NCBI GenBank assembly: GCA_029248525.1
Contig: JAQWJE010000049.1
Location: forward strand, 549,836 to 613,835
Direction of reading: 5' to 3'
Source: Candidatus Binatia bacterium
GTDB taxonomy: Bacteria > Desulfobacterota > Binatia > UBA12015
Length of the DNA stretch: 64,000 nucleotides
A model generated the notes under the pieces. The model had not been told where the DNA came from, searched no databases, and saw only the letters and a list, made by a program, of their open reading frames with translations. Made by a program: the position numbers and the translations under genes. This document shows, in pieces, positions 1 to 9,951 of this stretch. Each line of letters begins with the position of its first letter. The first letter of the stretch is position 1.

Positions 1-496
1 ATACGAAGATTTTCTCGAAACCAAAGTGAACCAGCCCGGCAGAGACGCCGACGATGTCCACGATCGCATCAAATGCGCCGACTTCATGAAAATGAACATC
101 GTCGAGTTCCTTGCCATGGACGCGACTCTCGGCCACCGCGAGCGCACGAAAGATGCGGGTTGCATACTCGGTGGTCTGCTCTCCCAGATTGGCCGCGACG
201 ATGCGCTCGTGAATCTCCCGATAGGAATGGTGGTTGGTATGCGCATGCTCATGAGAATGTGAATGCGCGCCACGGTCTGTGCCAGGCTCTTCTTTTTGAT
301 CGCCAATCCAGACGTCTGCTTTCGTGGCGCGAATTCCGTTCTTATGAACCTCGCGGCACCGAACTTCCACGCCGGGCATTTCGAGCTTCTGGATCTGTTC
401 GTCAAGGACGCTCGGCGGCAAGCCGAGATCCAGCAGGCTCCCGAGCACCATGTCGCCTGCGATTCCGGAAAAGGCATCGAAGTAAGCAATCCTCAT
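1..496 (-). CDS. larC: Nickel-pincer cofactor biosynthesis protein LarC (DUF111), N-terminal part; gene runs off the window start
   Basis: Reverse-strand translation from ATG (complement of 494-496) reads MRIAYFDAFSGIAGDMVLGSLLDLG...HSHSHEHAHTNHHS...HFHEVGAFDAIVDIVG. This is the typical LarC/DUF111 N-terminus with the His-rich stretch. The frame is open to position 1 (not in the ORF track because there is no stop inside the window). Confidence 0.7.
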   Translation of the reverse strand, partial: MRIAYFDAFSGIAGDMVLGSLLDLGLPPSVLDEQIQKLEMPGVEVRCREVHKNGIRATKADVWIGDQKEEPGTDRGAHSHSHEHAHTNHHSYREIHERIVAANLGEQTTEYATRIFRALAVAESRVHGKELDDVHFHEVGAFDAIVDIVGVSAGLVHFGFEKIFV

Positions 497-529
497 GATG
501 ACGACCTACCAACGATCGGCCCCATGACG

Positions 530-1879
530 CTAGTCCAACTCGCTGAGGCTCTCGGCGCGTTCGACAGCTTCGAGAAAGAGGCGGTGGAAATTGGCTCGCG
601 TACCTAGGATCTGGATGAAGGAGTCCAAGCCCACCAGCGCACGCCCGAGAAAAACGCTATGCGGCGGGGGAGACCGGAACACGCCGCTCTCGATTCTCAG
701 CTGGGCTGACTTCATGGCTCGGGAGATGGAGCCGTATTCCTGAGGATCGTACTCTCGGTCGAGGGTCGCGGGTTCAAAGATCAAATCAACAACCTCGATC
801 GTTGAGGTGGGGTCGTCGGAGGCCTCGAGGTAGCCCAGTGCAACGAGGGCGGCAATCTTTTCATCACGGCGATTATCCAGAATCCCGCGAGCAAGCCGGA
901 CGTAGCTTTGCCGGGTCTCTTCTTCCAGCACCCGGATTGACCCAAAGTCGAGGATGCCCATATGCGGATGATAGGTGATCAGATAATTTCCGGGATGAGG
1001 GTCGGTATGGATGACGCCGAACTCGAGAATTTGCTGCCATAGCGTCTGCTGAAACTTGATGGCCACCCAATCCTTGATGTCCTGATCAATGCCCGGCTTC
1101 ATGATGTCGGCCAATTTGTAGCCGTCGATATAGCTTAGGGTGAGAACGCGGCGCGAGGAGAGTTCGTGGAAGACCTGCGGAATCAGAATCTCGTCATCGT
1201 CAGCAAACATCTCCGCAAACCAGTCGGTGTTTCGGGCCTCGTTTTCGTAGTCGAGTTCTTCGCCAAGGCGCTCTTCCATTTCCTGATGAAGAGCGTCGGC
1301 ATCGATGGGTTGCCGAAAAAGGTCACGGCCGATCATGGTGAAGGTGTGCAACAAAGTCTTGAGGTTGCGCAGATCCTGCTCGACAGTCTTTTCCACTCCC
1401 GGATACTGCACTTTCACGACGATCGGGGTGCCGTCGGTGAGAGTGCCTCGATGAACTTGACCGAGCGAGGCAGCGGCGAAGGCCTCAGCTTCGAAGGATC
1501 CAAAAAGATCGTCGATCTTCCCGCCCAATTCCGCTTCGACGCGTTCGCGAATCATGTCGAATGGCATGGGAGGAACATCGGACTGTACAACTGACAAAAC
1601 CTCAAGGACTTCTGTCGGGAGGATATCGTTTCTCATGCTGAGCATCTGCATCAGCTTGAGGAAGGTGCCGCGGAGTTCCTGAGAGCCTTCGACGATCAGC
1701 ATCGCATTCCGCAGATGGGTGTCGAGGATTCCCTCGGCGCGTTCGTCGCCGCTCTGGAAAGGGCGTTTGAGAGCATTCACGAGGTAGTTGCCACTGACCT
1801 GTGTCGTCATCGTGCCCATTTTGAGCGCACGGCGGGCTCTTCCCGTCGTGAGTCCGGCTTTATCCTTCCGTGTGGCCAT
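530..1879 (-). CDS. ABC1/UbiB-family atypical protein kinase
   Basis: ORF 530..1948 contains the ABC1 kinase-like core (VHTDPHPGNYL, DFG-like ILDFGSI). The start is probably internal (MATRK at 1879 or MGTM at 1819), because the upstream larB ends at 1860. Confidence 0.7.
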   Translation of the reverse strand: MATRKDKAGLTTGRARRALKMGTMTTQVSGNYLVNALKRPFQSGDERAEGILDTHLRNAMLIVEGSQELRGTFLKLMQMLSMRNDILPTEVLEVLSVVQSDVPPMPFDMIRERVEAELGGKIDDLFGSFEAEAFAAASLGQVHRGTLTDGTPIVVKVQYPGVEKTVEQDLRNLKTLLHTFTMIGRDLFRQPIDADALHQEMEERLGEELDYENEARNTDWFAEMFADDDEILIPQVFHELSSRRVLTLSYIDGYKLADIMKPGIDQDIKDWVAIKFQQTLWQQILEFGVIHTDPHPGNYLITYHPHMGILDFGSIRVLEEETRQSYVRLARGILDNRRDEKIAALVALGYLEASDDPTSTIEVVDLIFEPATLDREYDPQEYGSISRAMKSAQLRIESGVFRSPPPHSVFLGRALVGLDSFIQILGTRANFHRLFLEAVERAESLSELD

Positions 1880-2633
1880 CGTTCCTCGGTGTATTAATCT
1901 GGGCGGCTGCCATTGCTGCCCCGAACCCGTTGTCGATATTGACGACACTGATCCCGGCCGCGCAAGAAGTCAGCATGCCGAACAGAGCGGTGAGCCCGTT
2001 CATGGCGGCGCCATAACCCACGCTTGTAGGCACGCCGATTACGGGACGCTCGACCAGTCCCGCAACTACGCTGGGCAGCGCTCCCTCCATGCCGGCGGCG
2101 ACAATCAGGACATTGGCATCGGCAATTGTTTGGTGGGATGCGAGGAGACGGTGCAGGCCGGCGACACCGACATCGAAGAGGCGCTCGACAGGGTGCCCGA
2201 GGACTTCGAGTGTTGCGATGGCTTCCTCGGCAACCGGGAGATCTGTGGTGCCGGCGGCCATGACGAGGATCTTTCCGATGGGGGCTGGGTCCGGCCGGTA
2301 GTTCTGGATGCGCACGATTCTCGGTGTTGGCAAAAACTCCGCCTCGGGAATTTCCTCCTGAACAGCTCGCGCAGCTTCGTCGGAGATCCGGGTGACGAGG
2401 ACGTTCTGCTTCGTCGCGTGCAGGCTCTTCGAGATTGCCACAATTTGTTCAGGGGTCTTGCCCTCGCCGAAGATGACTTCGGGAGCCCCTGTGCGAAGAG
2501 CACGGTGGTGGTCGACGCGAGCAAACTCGAGGTCTTCGAAGGGGAGAGATTTCAAGTTCTGGAGCGCCTCGGCGGGATCGAGTTTGCCGTCGCGCACGTC
2601 CTCGAGAAGCGCTTGTAGTTTTTGCGGGCTCAC
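1860..2633 (-). CDS. larB: Nickel-pincer cofactor biosynthesis protein LarB (PurE-like AIR carboxylase family)
   Basis: 257 aa. It has the N-terminal LarB-specific extension (LEDVRDGKLDPAEAL...VDHHRALRTGAPEVIFGEGKT) followed by a PurE-like fold (VLIVAAGMEGALPSVVAGL...VIGVPTSVGYG). Confidence 0.75.
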   Translation of the reverse strand: MSPQKLQALLEDVRDGKLDPAEALQNLKSLPFEDLEFARVDHHRALRTGAPEVIFGEGKTPEQIVAISKSLHATKQNVLVTRISDEAARAVQEEIPEAEFLPTPRIVRIQNYRPDPAPIGKILVMAAGTTDLPVAEEAIATLEVLGHPVERLFDVGVAGLHRLLASHQTIADANVLIVAAGMEGALPSVVAGLVERPVIGVPTSVGYGAAMNGLTALFGMLTSCAAGISVVNIDNGFGAAMAAAQINTPRNDGHTEG

Positions 2634-3742
2634 GTTTCGACTCCTTTGCTCTCGACCTCAATCTCCTCGATAGATCGATCGCGCGTTTTCAGAATACGAA
2701 GTCTTGCATAAGGGAGTTCGCAGATCTCGTCGACCGATGGCACCCGCTCGAAGTGATTCAGCAAGAGACCGCCCAGAGTTTCATAATCCCCTTCGGGTAG
2801 CCGCCATGGAAAACGTTCGTTCAATTCCTTGACTTCGGCCCTGGCTCGAACGCGGCAGGTGCCATTCGTTTGAACCTGTACGGGGTCGTTTTCGCGATCA
2901 TACTCGTCAGCGATTTCGCCGACGACTTCTTCGAGGAGATCTTCCATCGCCACGATGCCGACGGCGCCGCCATATTCGTCGATCACGACCGCGAGATTCA
3001 CTCCCTCGGCTTGCATGCGTCGTAGAACGTCGTTGGCCAGAATCATGTCCGGAACAAATGTCACGGGCTTCATGATCTCCTTCACCCGCTGCTGGTTCTG
3101 CGCGGTGAGAAGGTCGAATGCGTGAATCATTCCGGTGATATTTGGCATCCGCTCATGGAAGATGGGCAGCCGGGAAAGACCTTGGTGCTTCACTACACGA
3201 ATCGCCTGCGCCACAGAAGAATCTTCGCGTAGCGCCGTGATATCGACCAGGGGCACCATCACATCCTTGACCTGAACATCAGCGAAGTCGAAGACCCGAC
3301 GGATCATTTGTCGTTCTTCGCCAACATCTTCGGAGGCGTCCTTGGCGAGGAGGGTGGACATTTGGGAACGGCTCCATGCAGGGCCATCCGGCTCACGGGC
3401 ACCTCCCGTCCAGGCACCGAGGGCGCGGAAGATTTGATCTCCCTGCAGGCCGTCGCGGGTAAATGCACGGGGGAGGCCATCGCCGATCAAGAGGGTCAGC
3501 GGTGTCATCAGGATCGTGATGATCAAACCAGTAGACCCCAGTGCCGTAAAGGCGAGGAGACCCAGTCCCAAAGCGACGGAGGCGGTCGCAACCTCGGCAA
3601 TCAGGAAAGAACCCTGAAGGATGTCGTTCCACGATTCGGTTCGCGGGCCACGCAGGCAGGCGGTCTCCTTGGAGACCGCAAGAGTTCGAGCGATGAAGCC
3701 GCCGAGCACAAGCGAGGCAGAGATCCACAGCATCATGTTCAT
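2630..3742 (-). CDS. Hemolysin-family / DUF21-CBS-CorC_HlyC membrane transporter-associated protein
   Basis: 370 aa with N-terminal TM segments, tandem CBS region and a C-terminal CorC/HlyC transporter-associated domain. Its ATG overlaps the stop of the upstream paralog (ATGA). Confidence 0.8.
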   Translation of the reverse strand: MNMMLWISASLVLGGFIARTLAVSKETACLRGPRTESWNDILQGSFLIAEVATASVALGLGLLAFTALGSTGLIITILMTPLTLLIGDGLPRAFTRDGLQGDQIFRALGAWTGGAREPDGPAWSRSQMSTLLAKDASEDVGEERQMIRRVFDFADVQVKDVMVPLVDITALREDSSVAQAIRVVKHQGLSRLPIFHERMPNITGMIHAFDLLTAQNQQRVKEIMKPVTFVPDMILANDVLRRMQAEGVNLAVVIDEYGGAVGIVAMEDLLEEVVGEIADEYDRENDPVQVQTNGTCRVRARAEVKELNERFPWRLPEGDYETLGGLLLNHFERVPSVDEICELPYARLRILKTRDRSIEEIEVESKGVET

Positions 3743-4926
3743 TCGACAGGCTCCACACGGACACGCCGCAGGACGGTGCCTTCGCGACGTTCCACCGTGA
3801 ATCGGAGTTGCGCCATTTCGACCGTCTCGGCGACGCGCGGTATTCGACCAAGTTCTGCCATCAGCAGCCCGCCTACCGTGCTGGCCGAGCCATCGGATTC
3901 AATCGGCCTGTCGATCAATTCCGCCAACTCCTGAATCGGGAGCCGGCCAGAGACGAGGAGGTTGTGCCCGGATCGGATGTAGTCGGGGATTTCCTGATCG
4001 TCACCTTCGTCGCGAATCTCGCCGAAGAGTTCTTCGAGAAGATCCTCCATTGTAACCAGCCCGATCAGACTCCCAAGATCATCGAAGACCATTGCGAGAT
4101 GAGTTTTCCGGCGCTTGAATTCGCGAAAGGCCGTATCGACTTGAGTATCCGGTGCCACGATTTCGACTGGGTGCAAAAATGATTCGAGATCGAAATCATT
4201 TTCCAGCTTTCGTCCGAGTAAATCCTTTACATAGAGGATCCCTGCGATCTCTTCGTCATTGTCGCGACGGATCGGGATCCGTGCAAAACGCGCTTCGTCG
4301 ACTTTGGCGATCAAATCATCTGCCGAGATATCGATGGGCAGCGAGAAGATATCGACCCGCGGTGTCATGACTTCATGGACGGAGCGGCTACCGAAGGACC
4401 GGACATTGGCGAGAAGATCGCGCTCGTCGGGCTCAAGCTCGTGTGCCCAGGCAACGGTTTCTTCGTCCTCGGCATAGTTCCCGTCTTCACCGGTGGTTTG
4501 GCTGCGCGCAGCGTCTTGTCCCATGACGCGGAGGGTGCGGCTTAGCGGGAGGAGCAATCCGACCAGTGCCCAAATGCGCCCCTGCATCGGTGGCGGACGT
4601 TTTTGAGATCGCTTTCGGGTGATCATCGATGAGGTCCAGGCGAGAAATACCAGAATAGCGGCACCCCAGGCTGTGCCGGGGGTGAGGAGCAACCCGGCCG
4701 CGACAGCCGCTGCCAGAATCGTGTCGCGGCAAAGCCAGAGAGCCGTCAGGGCCGCGCGAGGAAAGACGCGGGCGTCGCGCACGGCGGCCGGATCTTCGCG
4801 CTCCGGGGTTCGGCGAATATTCAGAAGAAGCGCGCTCTCGGCGCGTGCGACCTGTGCGGCTGAAAATACGACCAGGCCTGCGGTTGCTACCTGCGTCAGC
4901 GGTAGAATCCAGAGGGAGAGGCTCAT
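3739..4926 (-). CDS. Hemolysin-family / DUF21-CBS-CorC_HlyC protein (paralog)
   Basis: Same architecture as the gene above. The start is chosen at [12 protein letters not shown] (ATG complement 4924-4926), which overlaps the thiL stop as ATGA. The longer ORF start at 5055 overlaps thiL. Confidence 0.8.
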   Translation of the reverse strand: MSLSLWILPLTQVATAGLVVFSAAQVARAESALLLNIRRTPEREDPAAVRDARVFPRAALTALWLCRDTILAAAVAAGLLLTPGTAWGAAILVFLAWTSSMITRKRSQKRPPPMQGRIWALVGLLLPLSRTLRVMGQDAARSQTTGEDGNYAEDEETVAWAHELEPDERDLLANVRSFGSRSVHEVMTPRVDIFSLPIDISADDLIAKVDEARFARIPIRRDNDEEIAGILYVKDLLGRKLENDFDLESFLHPVEIVAPDTQVDTAFREFKRRKTHLAMVFDDLGSLIGLVTMEDLLEELFGEIRDEGDDQEIPDYIRSGHNLLVSGRLPIQELAELIDRPIESDGSASTVGGLLMAELGRIPRVAETVEMAQLRFTVERREGTVLRRVRVEPVE

Positions 4927-5921
4927 GAGGTTTCTCTCGCGAAGTGATCGAAGCCATGGCGGGTCGGCCGATGCGGGGCCCCCATGCCATCCATGAGGGA
5001 GATCGAACCGATTTGATCCGTGGTGCTTCCGATGACGCTCAGGCCAATCCCGCATTGGCCAGCCAGTTTGGCGAGATCGCGGTCGAGGCTTCGGGGCAAG
5101 GTGACCAGCAGTTCGTAGTCTTCGCCGCCGTTGGCCGCGAAATCGGCGCCGGACTGATCCTTTTTGTCTACGGCCGAGCTACGCGGCAACGACTCGCGTT
5201 CGACGACCGCGCCGACCCCGCTGGCTCGGCAGAGGTGCCCAAGATCAGCGAGGAGACCATCCGAGATATCGATCGCGGAAGTGGCTCCCGCGCGGGCTAG
5301 GACCTGACCGGCACGAAGCCGGGGTTTGGGGCGGGTAAATTTCTCACGCAGTGCGGGCCCGGGAATTTCACCGGATTCCCATAGGTGGACCGCAAGGGCC
5401 GCATCGCCAAGGTTGCCCGTGACGACGAGAAGTTCGTCGGGAGACGCTCCCGATCGCAGCAGGGCGGGCCCGTCCAACCTGCCCAAAGCAGTGATGGTGA
5501 TCGAGAGCTCTGCGCCTCGACTCAGGTTACCCCCAGCAAGGATTGCTCCCTGATTGCGTGCCTCGTGCGCGACCGCCATGGTCAAGGCCTCGGTGGTCGT
5601 CTCTGAGATGGTCTCCGGGAGAATCAGTGAGAGCAGGATGCGCGTGGGGGTCGCGCCCATCGCGGCGAGGTCGCTGAGATTAGCGGCCACCGCCCGGCAT
5701 CCCAATTCTTCAGGGGAGACCCAACCCGAGCGGAAATGCACGTTCTCCACCAACGCATCGGTGGTGGCGACCATCGAGCCGTCCTGCGGAGCGAAAACCG
5801 CGCCATCATCTCCCGGTCCGATTTCTCCCGCAGAGAGCGGGGTCTCCGCTTGAAGACGATCGCAGAGATTTTTCAGGAAGGCGTGCTCTCGGCCTTCGGC
5901 TATAGAGTCCCCGTCAGGCAA
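4923..5921 (-). CDS. thiL: Thiamine-monophosphate kinase
   Basis: AIR-synthase-related fold with ThiL hallmarks ([39 protein letters not shown]). The ORF-track start at 6044 overlaps dnaJ by 130 nt. A TTG start (complement of 5919-5921) is proposed; the exact start is uncertain. Confidence 0.7.
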   Translation of the reverse strand: MPDGDSIAEGREHAFLKNLCDRLQAETPLSAGEIGPGDDGAVFAPQDGSMVATTDALVENVHFRSGWVSPEELGCRAVAANLSDLAAMGATPTRILLSLILPETISETTTEALTMAVAHEARNQGAILAGGNLSRGAELSITITALGRLDGPALLRSGASPDELLVVTGNLGDAALAVHLWESGEIPGPALREKFTRPKPRLRAGQVLARAGATSAIDISDGLLADLGHLCRASGVGAVVERESLPRSSAVDKKDQSGADFAANGGEDYELLVTLPRSLDRDLAKLAGQCGIGLSVIGSTTDQIGSISLMDGMGAPHRPTRHGFDHFARETS

Positions 5922-7017
5922 ATCGTTCGCGAACCTTGTCGAAAAAGCTTTTGTGTTGCGGATGAACTTCCTCGCCGAAAGTATCAGCGAGTTCGGCCAG
6001 CAATTCGCGCTGACGTTCGTCGAGCCGGCGAGGTGTTTCGACAATCACGCGAACCAGTTGGTCGCCGCGGCCGTAACCGTGCAGGTCTGTAACCCCACGG
6101 CCACGCAGTCGGAAGACGCTTCCCGACTGCGTGCCTTCCTTGATTTTCATCGTCACCGATCCTTCGATGGTCGGGACTTCAAGCTCGGTTCCCAGCGAAG
6201 CTTGCGGGAAGGTGATTGTGACCTCGCAAAGAACGTCATTGCCTTCGCGTCGGAAAAGATCGTGTTCCTTGACCTGAACGACGACAAATAGATCACCGGC
6301 CGCGCCACCTGGGCCGGGCTCGCCTTCGCCGCGCAGCTTCAGGCGGGTTCCATGGTCAACGCCGCCCGGGATTTTGACATCCAGTGATTGCTGTTTGCGA
6401 ACCTGACCTGATCCCCGGCACGGGTCGCATGGGTTCTCGACAACGCTTCCCCGGCCGTTGCAGGTCGAGCAGGTCTTGGCGACCGAGAAGAATCCCTGTT
6501 GGAAGCGAACCTGCCCGGCTCCCCGACATGTCCTGCAATTGACCGGCTTCGCGCCGTCTTTCCCGCCGGTTCCATCGCATGTCTGGCAATTGATATGCCG
6601 CGGGATGTCGATCTTTTTCTCGACACCGAAGCAGGCTTCCTCAAAGGAGATCTCGAGGGAATAGCTGAGGTCGTCGCCCCGGCGCCGGCGCCCGCCGCGA
6701 CGTGAACCGCCGCCGAAGAAGTCACCGAAGATATCGCCAAAGATGTCCTCAAATCCTTCGGAATTGAATCCGAATCCGGAGCCGCCACCTTCGAACGCCG
6801 CGTGACCAAATCGATCGTATTGCGCGCGCTGATCGTCGTCCGACAGGATCTGGTAGGCTTCCGAGGCCTCGCGAAATTTGGCTTCTGCCTGCGGATTATC
6901 CGGATTTCGATCCGGGTGGTACTTCAGAGCGAGTTTCCGAAACGATTTTTTGATCGTTTCGCCGTCGGCCGTTCGTTCGATGCCGAGTACTTCGTAGTAA
7001 TCAATCTTGGAGGCCAC
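5914..7017 (-). CDS. dnaJ: Molecular chaperone DnaJ
   Basis: J-domain ([10 protein letters not shown]...[11 protein letters not shown]), G/F-rich region and four CxxCxGxG zinc-finger repeats. GTG start at complement 7015-7017 gives [12 protein letters not shown] with GGAGG 10 nt upstream. Confidence 0.9.
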   Translation of the reverse strand: MASKIDYYEVLGIERTADGETIKKSFRKLALKYHPDRNPDNPQAEAKFREASEAYQILSDDDQRAQYDRFGHAAFEGGGSGFGFNSEGFEDIFGDIFGDFFGGGSRRGGRRRRGDDLSYSLEISFEEACFGVEKKIDIPRHINCQTCDGTGGKDGAKPVNCRTCRGAGQVRFQQGFFSVAKTCSTCNGRGSVVENPCDPCRGSGQVRKQQSLDVKIPGGVDHGTRLKLRGEGEPGPGGAAGDLFVVVQVKEHDLFRREGNDVLCEVTITFPQASLGTELEVPTIEGSVTMKIKEGTQSGSVFRLRGRGVTDLHGYGRGDQLVRVIVETPRRLDERQRELLAELADTFGEEVHPQHKSFFDKVRERFA

Positions 7018-7085
7018 GCTCGCTCCCGATCCTCCAGCAAGAAGGGGCACGACCGAAGTCGCGCCCCTTTCCACAAGAGATTTGG

Positions 7086-9017
7086 TTAGTTTTTGACTTC
7101 TTCGAAGTCGGCGTCGACGACATCTTCGTCTTCAGGCGGTTGCGTCGAATCTCCTGATTCGCCCCCGGCCCCATTCATGTCGGGACCAGCCTCGCCAGCC
7201 TCCGCGGCCGTCTTGGCATATATTGCCTCGGCCAATTTATGAGCCGATTGGGTCAGTGTTGCGGCTGCGGCCTGCAGTGCGTCGGCGTCGGCGTCCGTAT
7301 CTTCCTGAACCTTCTTGGCATCGGCGATGGCCGTTTCGATTGCGGCCTTGTCTTCATCCGCCAGAGACTCGCCATTGTCGGCCAGTGATTTCTCGGTCTG
7401 GTAGATCAGCGAATCGAGCTGGTTCCGTGCCTCGATCGATGCACGCCGCTTTTGATCTTCTTCGGCGTGGGTCTCGGCATCATCAACCATCTTCTGGATT
7501 TCTTCTTCCGAGAGACCCGATGAAGCGGTGATTTGAATGGATTGTTCCTTCCCGGTTCCGAGATCCTTGGCGCTGACCGCGACGATGCCGTTAGCATCAA
7601 TATCGAACGAAACCTCGATCTGGGGCAATCCACGAGGAGCTGCGGGAATGCCGACGAGATCGAATTGGCCGAGCAATTTATTGTGCTCCGCCATCTCGCG
7701 TTCGCCCTGAAAGACTCGAATCGTCACGGCCGTCTGGTTATCCGAGGCGGTCGAGAAAGTTTGGCCTTTCTTGGTCGGGATGGTGGTGTTCTTCTCGATC
7801 AGTCGGGTGCAGACGCCGCCCAGAGTTTCGATCCCCAGCGACAAAGGCGTCACATCAAGAAGGAGTACATCCTTGACGTCTCCTTGCAGGACACCGCCCT
7901 GGATGGCCGCGCCGACCGCGACAACTTCATCCGGGTTCACTCCCTTATGGGGCTCCTTGCCGAAGAGCTTGCGGACGCGCTCCTGAACCGCCGGCATCCG
8001 GATCATGCCGCCCACGAGGACGACTTCGTCGATGTCGGAGGTGGACAAGCCGGCATCCTTGAGCGCGGTAATGCACGGGGCGTCGAGGCGGTCGAGGAGG
8101 TCCGAGCAGAGCGCTTCGAGTTTGGCCCGGGAGAGTTTCAGATTAAGGTGCTTCGGGCCCGAGGCATCCGCCGTAACGAAGGGAAGGTTGATATCCGTCT
8201 CGGAAGAGCTCGAGAGTTCGATCTTGGCTTTTTCGGCCGCTTCCTTCAGACGCTGCAGAGCCATGCGGTCCTGCCGCAGATCGATGCCCTGATCTTTCTG
8301 GAATTCCTCGGCCAGGTAGTCGATGATGCGTTGGTCGAAATCTTCTCCACCGAGAAAGGTGTCACCGTGGGTCGATTTAACCTCGAACACGCCATCGCCG
8401 ACTTCGAGAATCGAGATATCGAAGGTGCCGCCGCCGAGATCGAAAACGGCGATCTTTTCGTCCGCCTTCTTGTCGAGACCATAGGCCAAGGCAGCGGCCG
8501 TGGGCTCGTTGATGATACGTTTGACCTCCAAACCGGCGATCTTGCCGGCATCCTTGGTCGCCTGACGCTGACTGTCATTGAAATACGCCGGCACCGTAAC
8601 GACGGCCTCGGTGACTTCTTCGCCGAGATAGTCTTCAGCGGTCTGCTTCATTTTTTGGAGAATAAATGCCGAAATTTCGGCGGGGTTGTAACTCGTTCCG
8701 CGGCTTTCGACCCACGCGTCGCCGTTATCGCTTCGGACGACCTTGTAGGGGAGCAGGGCGCTGGCGGCCTGAACATCGGAGTCATCAAAGCGTCGCCCGA
8801 TCAATCTCTTGATCGCGAAGACTGTATTCTCCGGGTTGGTGACGGCCTGTCGACGGGCGACCTGGCCAGTCAGTCGCTCGCCATTTTCCGCGAAAGCGAC
8901 GGTGGACGGAGTGGTTCGTGCGCCTTCGGAGTTCGTGATGACCTGAGGGTCGCCGCCTTCGACGACCGCGACACAAGAGTTGGTGGTTCCCAGATCGATA
9001 CCAATGACCTTGCCCAT
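7086..9017 (-). CDS. dnaK: Molecular chaperone DnaK (Hsp70)
   Basis: 643 aa, [18 protein letters not shown]..., full Hsp70 signature set. Confidence 0.95.
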   Translation of the reverse strand: MGKVIGIDLGTTNSCVAVVEGGDPQVITNSEGARTTPSTVAFAENGERLTGQVARRQAVTNPENTVFAIKRLIGRRFDDSDVQAASALLPYKVVRSDNGDAWVESRGTSYNPAEISAFILQKMKQTAEDYLGEEVTEAVVTVPAYFNDSQRQATKDAGKIAGLEVKRIINEPTAAALAYGLDKKADEKIAVFDLGGGTFDISILEVGDGVFEVKSTHGDTFLGGEDFDQRIIDYLAEEFQKDQGIDLRQDRMALQRLKEAAEKAKIELSSSSETDINLPFVTADASGPKHLNLKLSRAKLEALCSDLLDRLDAPCITALKDAGLSTSDIDEVVLVGGMIRMPAVQERVRKLFGKEPHKGVNPDEVVAVGAAIQGGVLQGDVKDVLLLDVTPLSLGIETLGGVCTRLIEKNTTIPTKKGQTFSTASDNQTAVTIRVFQGEREMAEHNKLLGQFDLVGIPAAPRGLPQIEVSFDIDANGIVAVSAKDLGTGKEQSIQITASSGLSEEEIQKMVDDAETHAEEDQKRRASIEARNQLDSLIYQTEKSLADNGESLADEDKAAIETAIADAKKVQEDTDADADALQAAAATLTQSAHKLAEAIYAKTAAEAGEAGPDMNGAGGESGDSTQPPEDEDVVDADFEEVKN

Positions 9018-9166
9018 TTTGGATAATTCCCCTTATTGCGGAGTCGATAAGGTCCTCTCAAACGGCATCAGGGACGCAAAAGACGACGATCGACTCTAAA
9101 TTTTGGATTTTTGGTGGTTCCCCGGAAAGATAAGCACGATTTCCCGGGCGACAAGGTCCAAGTGAC

Positions 9167-9784
9167 CTATTTTCTCGGTGCTTCGGACTCTGCGGTGGGG
9201 GCTTGGGCGACGGTCACCTGAGAAGCTCTGAGGAGCCGGTCGTGGAGCCGGTAGCCGGGAAGATGCTCATCGATGACGTGCCCCGGCATTTCTTGCGTCG
9301 TGGGGATTTGGGCCAGAGCCTCGTGTTCCGCCGGATCAAACGGCCGTCCGACTGACTCGAGGCGTGTCACTCCGTGGCGTTCGAGCGTGCTTTTGAGCCC
9401 GGTCAGGACCATTGTGACGCCTTCCTGCAGGCCTTGCAGGGCGGACCCCTCTTCTGCTGCGCTGGCAGCCCTTTCGAGGTTGTCCACGCTGCTCAAAAGG
9501 TCCCGGAGCAGCCCTTCGGCTGCGAAGCGCAGGGATTCGGTCTTGTCCCGGAGCATGCGCTTTTTGAAATTTTCGACTTCGGCGCGGTCCCGCAAATGTT
9601 CATCTCGGGCCACGGCAACGGCGTCGGTTTTTTCGGCGAGAGACTGGCGCAGCTCACTGATCAACGCGAGCGCCTCTTCGAGAGTCTCGGGCTGTGCGAT
9701 TTCGGTCGGGGCCTGGCCATCGAGGCCTTCCGGTAAATCTTGATTTTCCTCGTGTTTTTCAGATTCTTTTTCAATATCGCTCAT
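9167..9784 (-). CDS. grpE: Nucleotide exchange factor GrpE
   Basis: The GrpE fold starts at MSDIEKESEKHEEN (ATG complement 9782-9784). The upstream part of ORF 9167..9991 looks non-coding. The C-terminal region is a conserved GrpE dimerisation/beta domain. Confidence 0.85.
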   Translation of the reverse strand: MSDIEKESEKHEENQDLPEGLDGQAPTEIAQPETLEEALALISELRQSLAEKTDAVAVARDEHLRDRAEVENFKKRMLRDKTESLRFAAEGLLRDLLSSVDNLERAASAAEEGSALQGLQEGVTMVLTGLKSTLERHGVTRLESVGRPFDPAEHEALAQIPTTQEMPGHVIDEHLPGYRLHDRLLRASQVTVAQAPTAESEAPRK

Positions 9785-9951
9785 CGAGAGGGTGCCTCGG
9801 AAAGGGGGCCCGTCAGGGGATTCCCATGTCAATTCAGGTCGCGCGCACGGCGAAAACCTAAGCACGGCATCAGCGTCTGTCAACGCGGCGGGGCGGATCA
9901 AGCCAAATGCGAAGCCTCGGTCCGAGCGGGGATGCGTGATAGACTCGGCGA

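Noticed and set aside
4152-4477. Multiple 60-170 aa ORFs on the opposite strand of the CorC/ThiL genes (for example 4487..4990, 4619..4996)
   Set aside because: They are Arg/Ser/Pro-rich low-complexity translations typical of non-coding frames in 65% GC DNA. They are fully overlapped by well-supported genes.
7533-9026. 497-aa plus-strand ORF antisense to dnaK
   Set aside because: This is the classic long antisense open frame inside dnaK in high-GC genomes. It has no motifs, and the opposite strand encodes a perfectly conserved Hsp70.
9785-9951. CIRCE / HrcA operator upstream of grpE
   Set aside because: No match to TTAGCACTC-N9-GAGTGCTAA was found by eye. Only a loose TTGACA...TAGGTT sigma-70-like pair was found, too weak to report as a feature.
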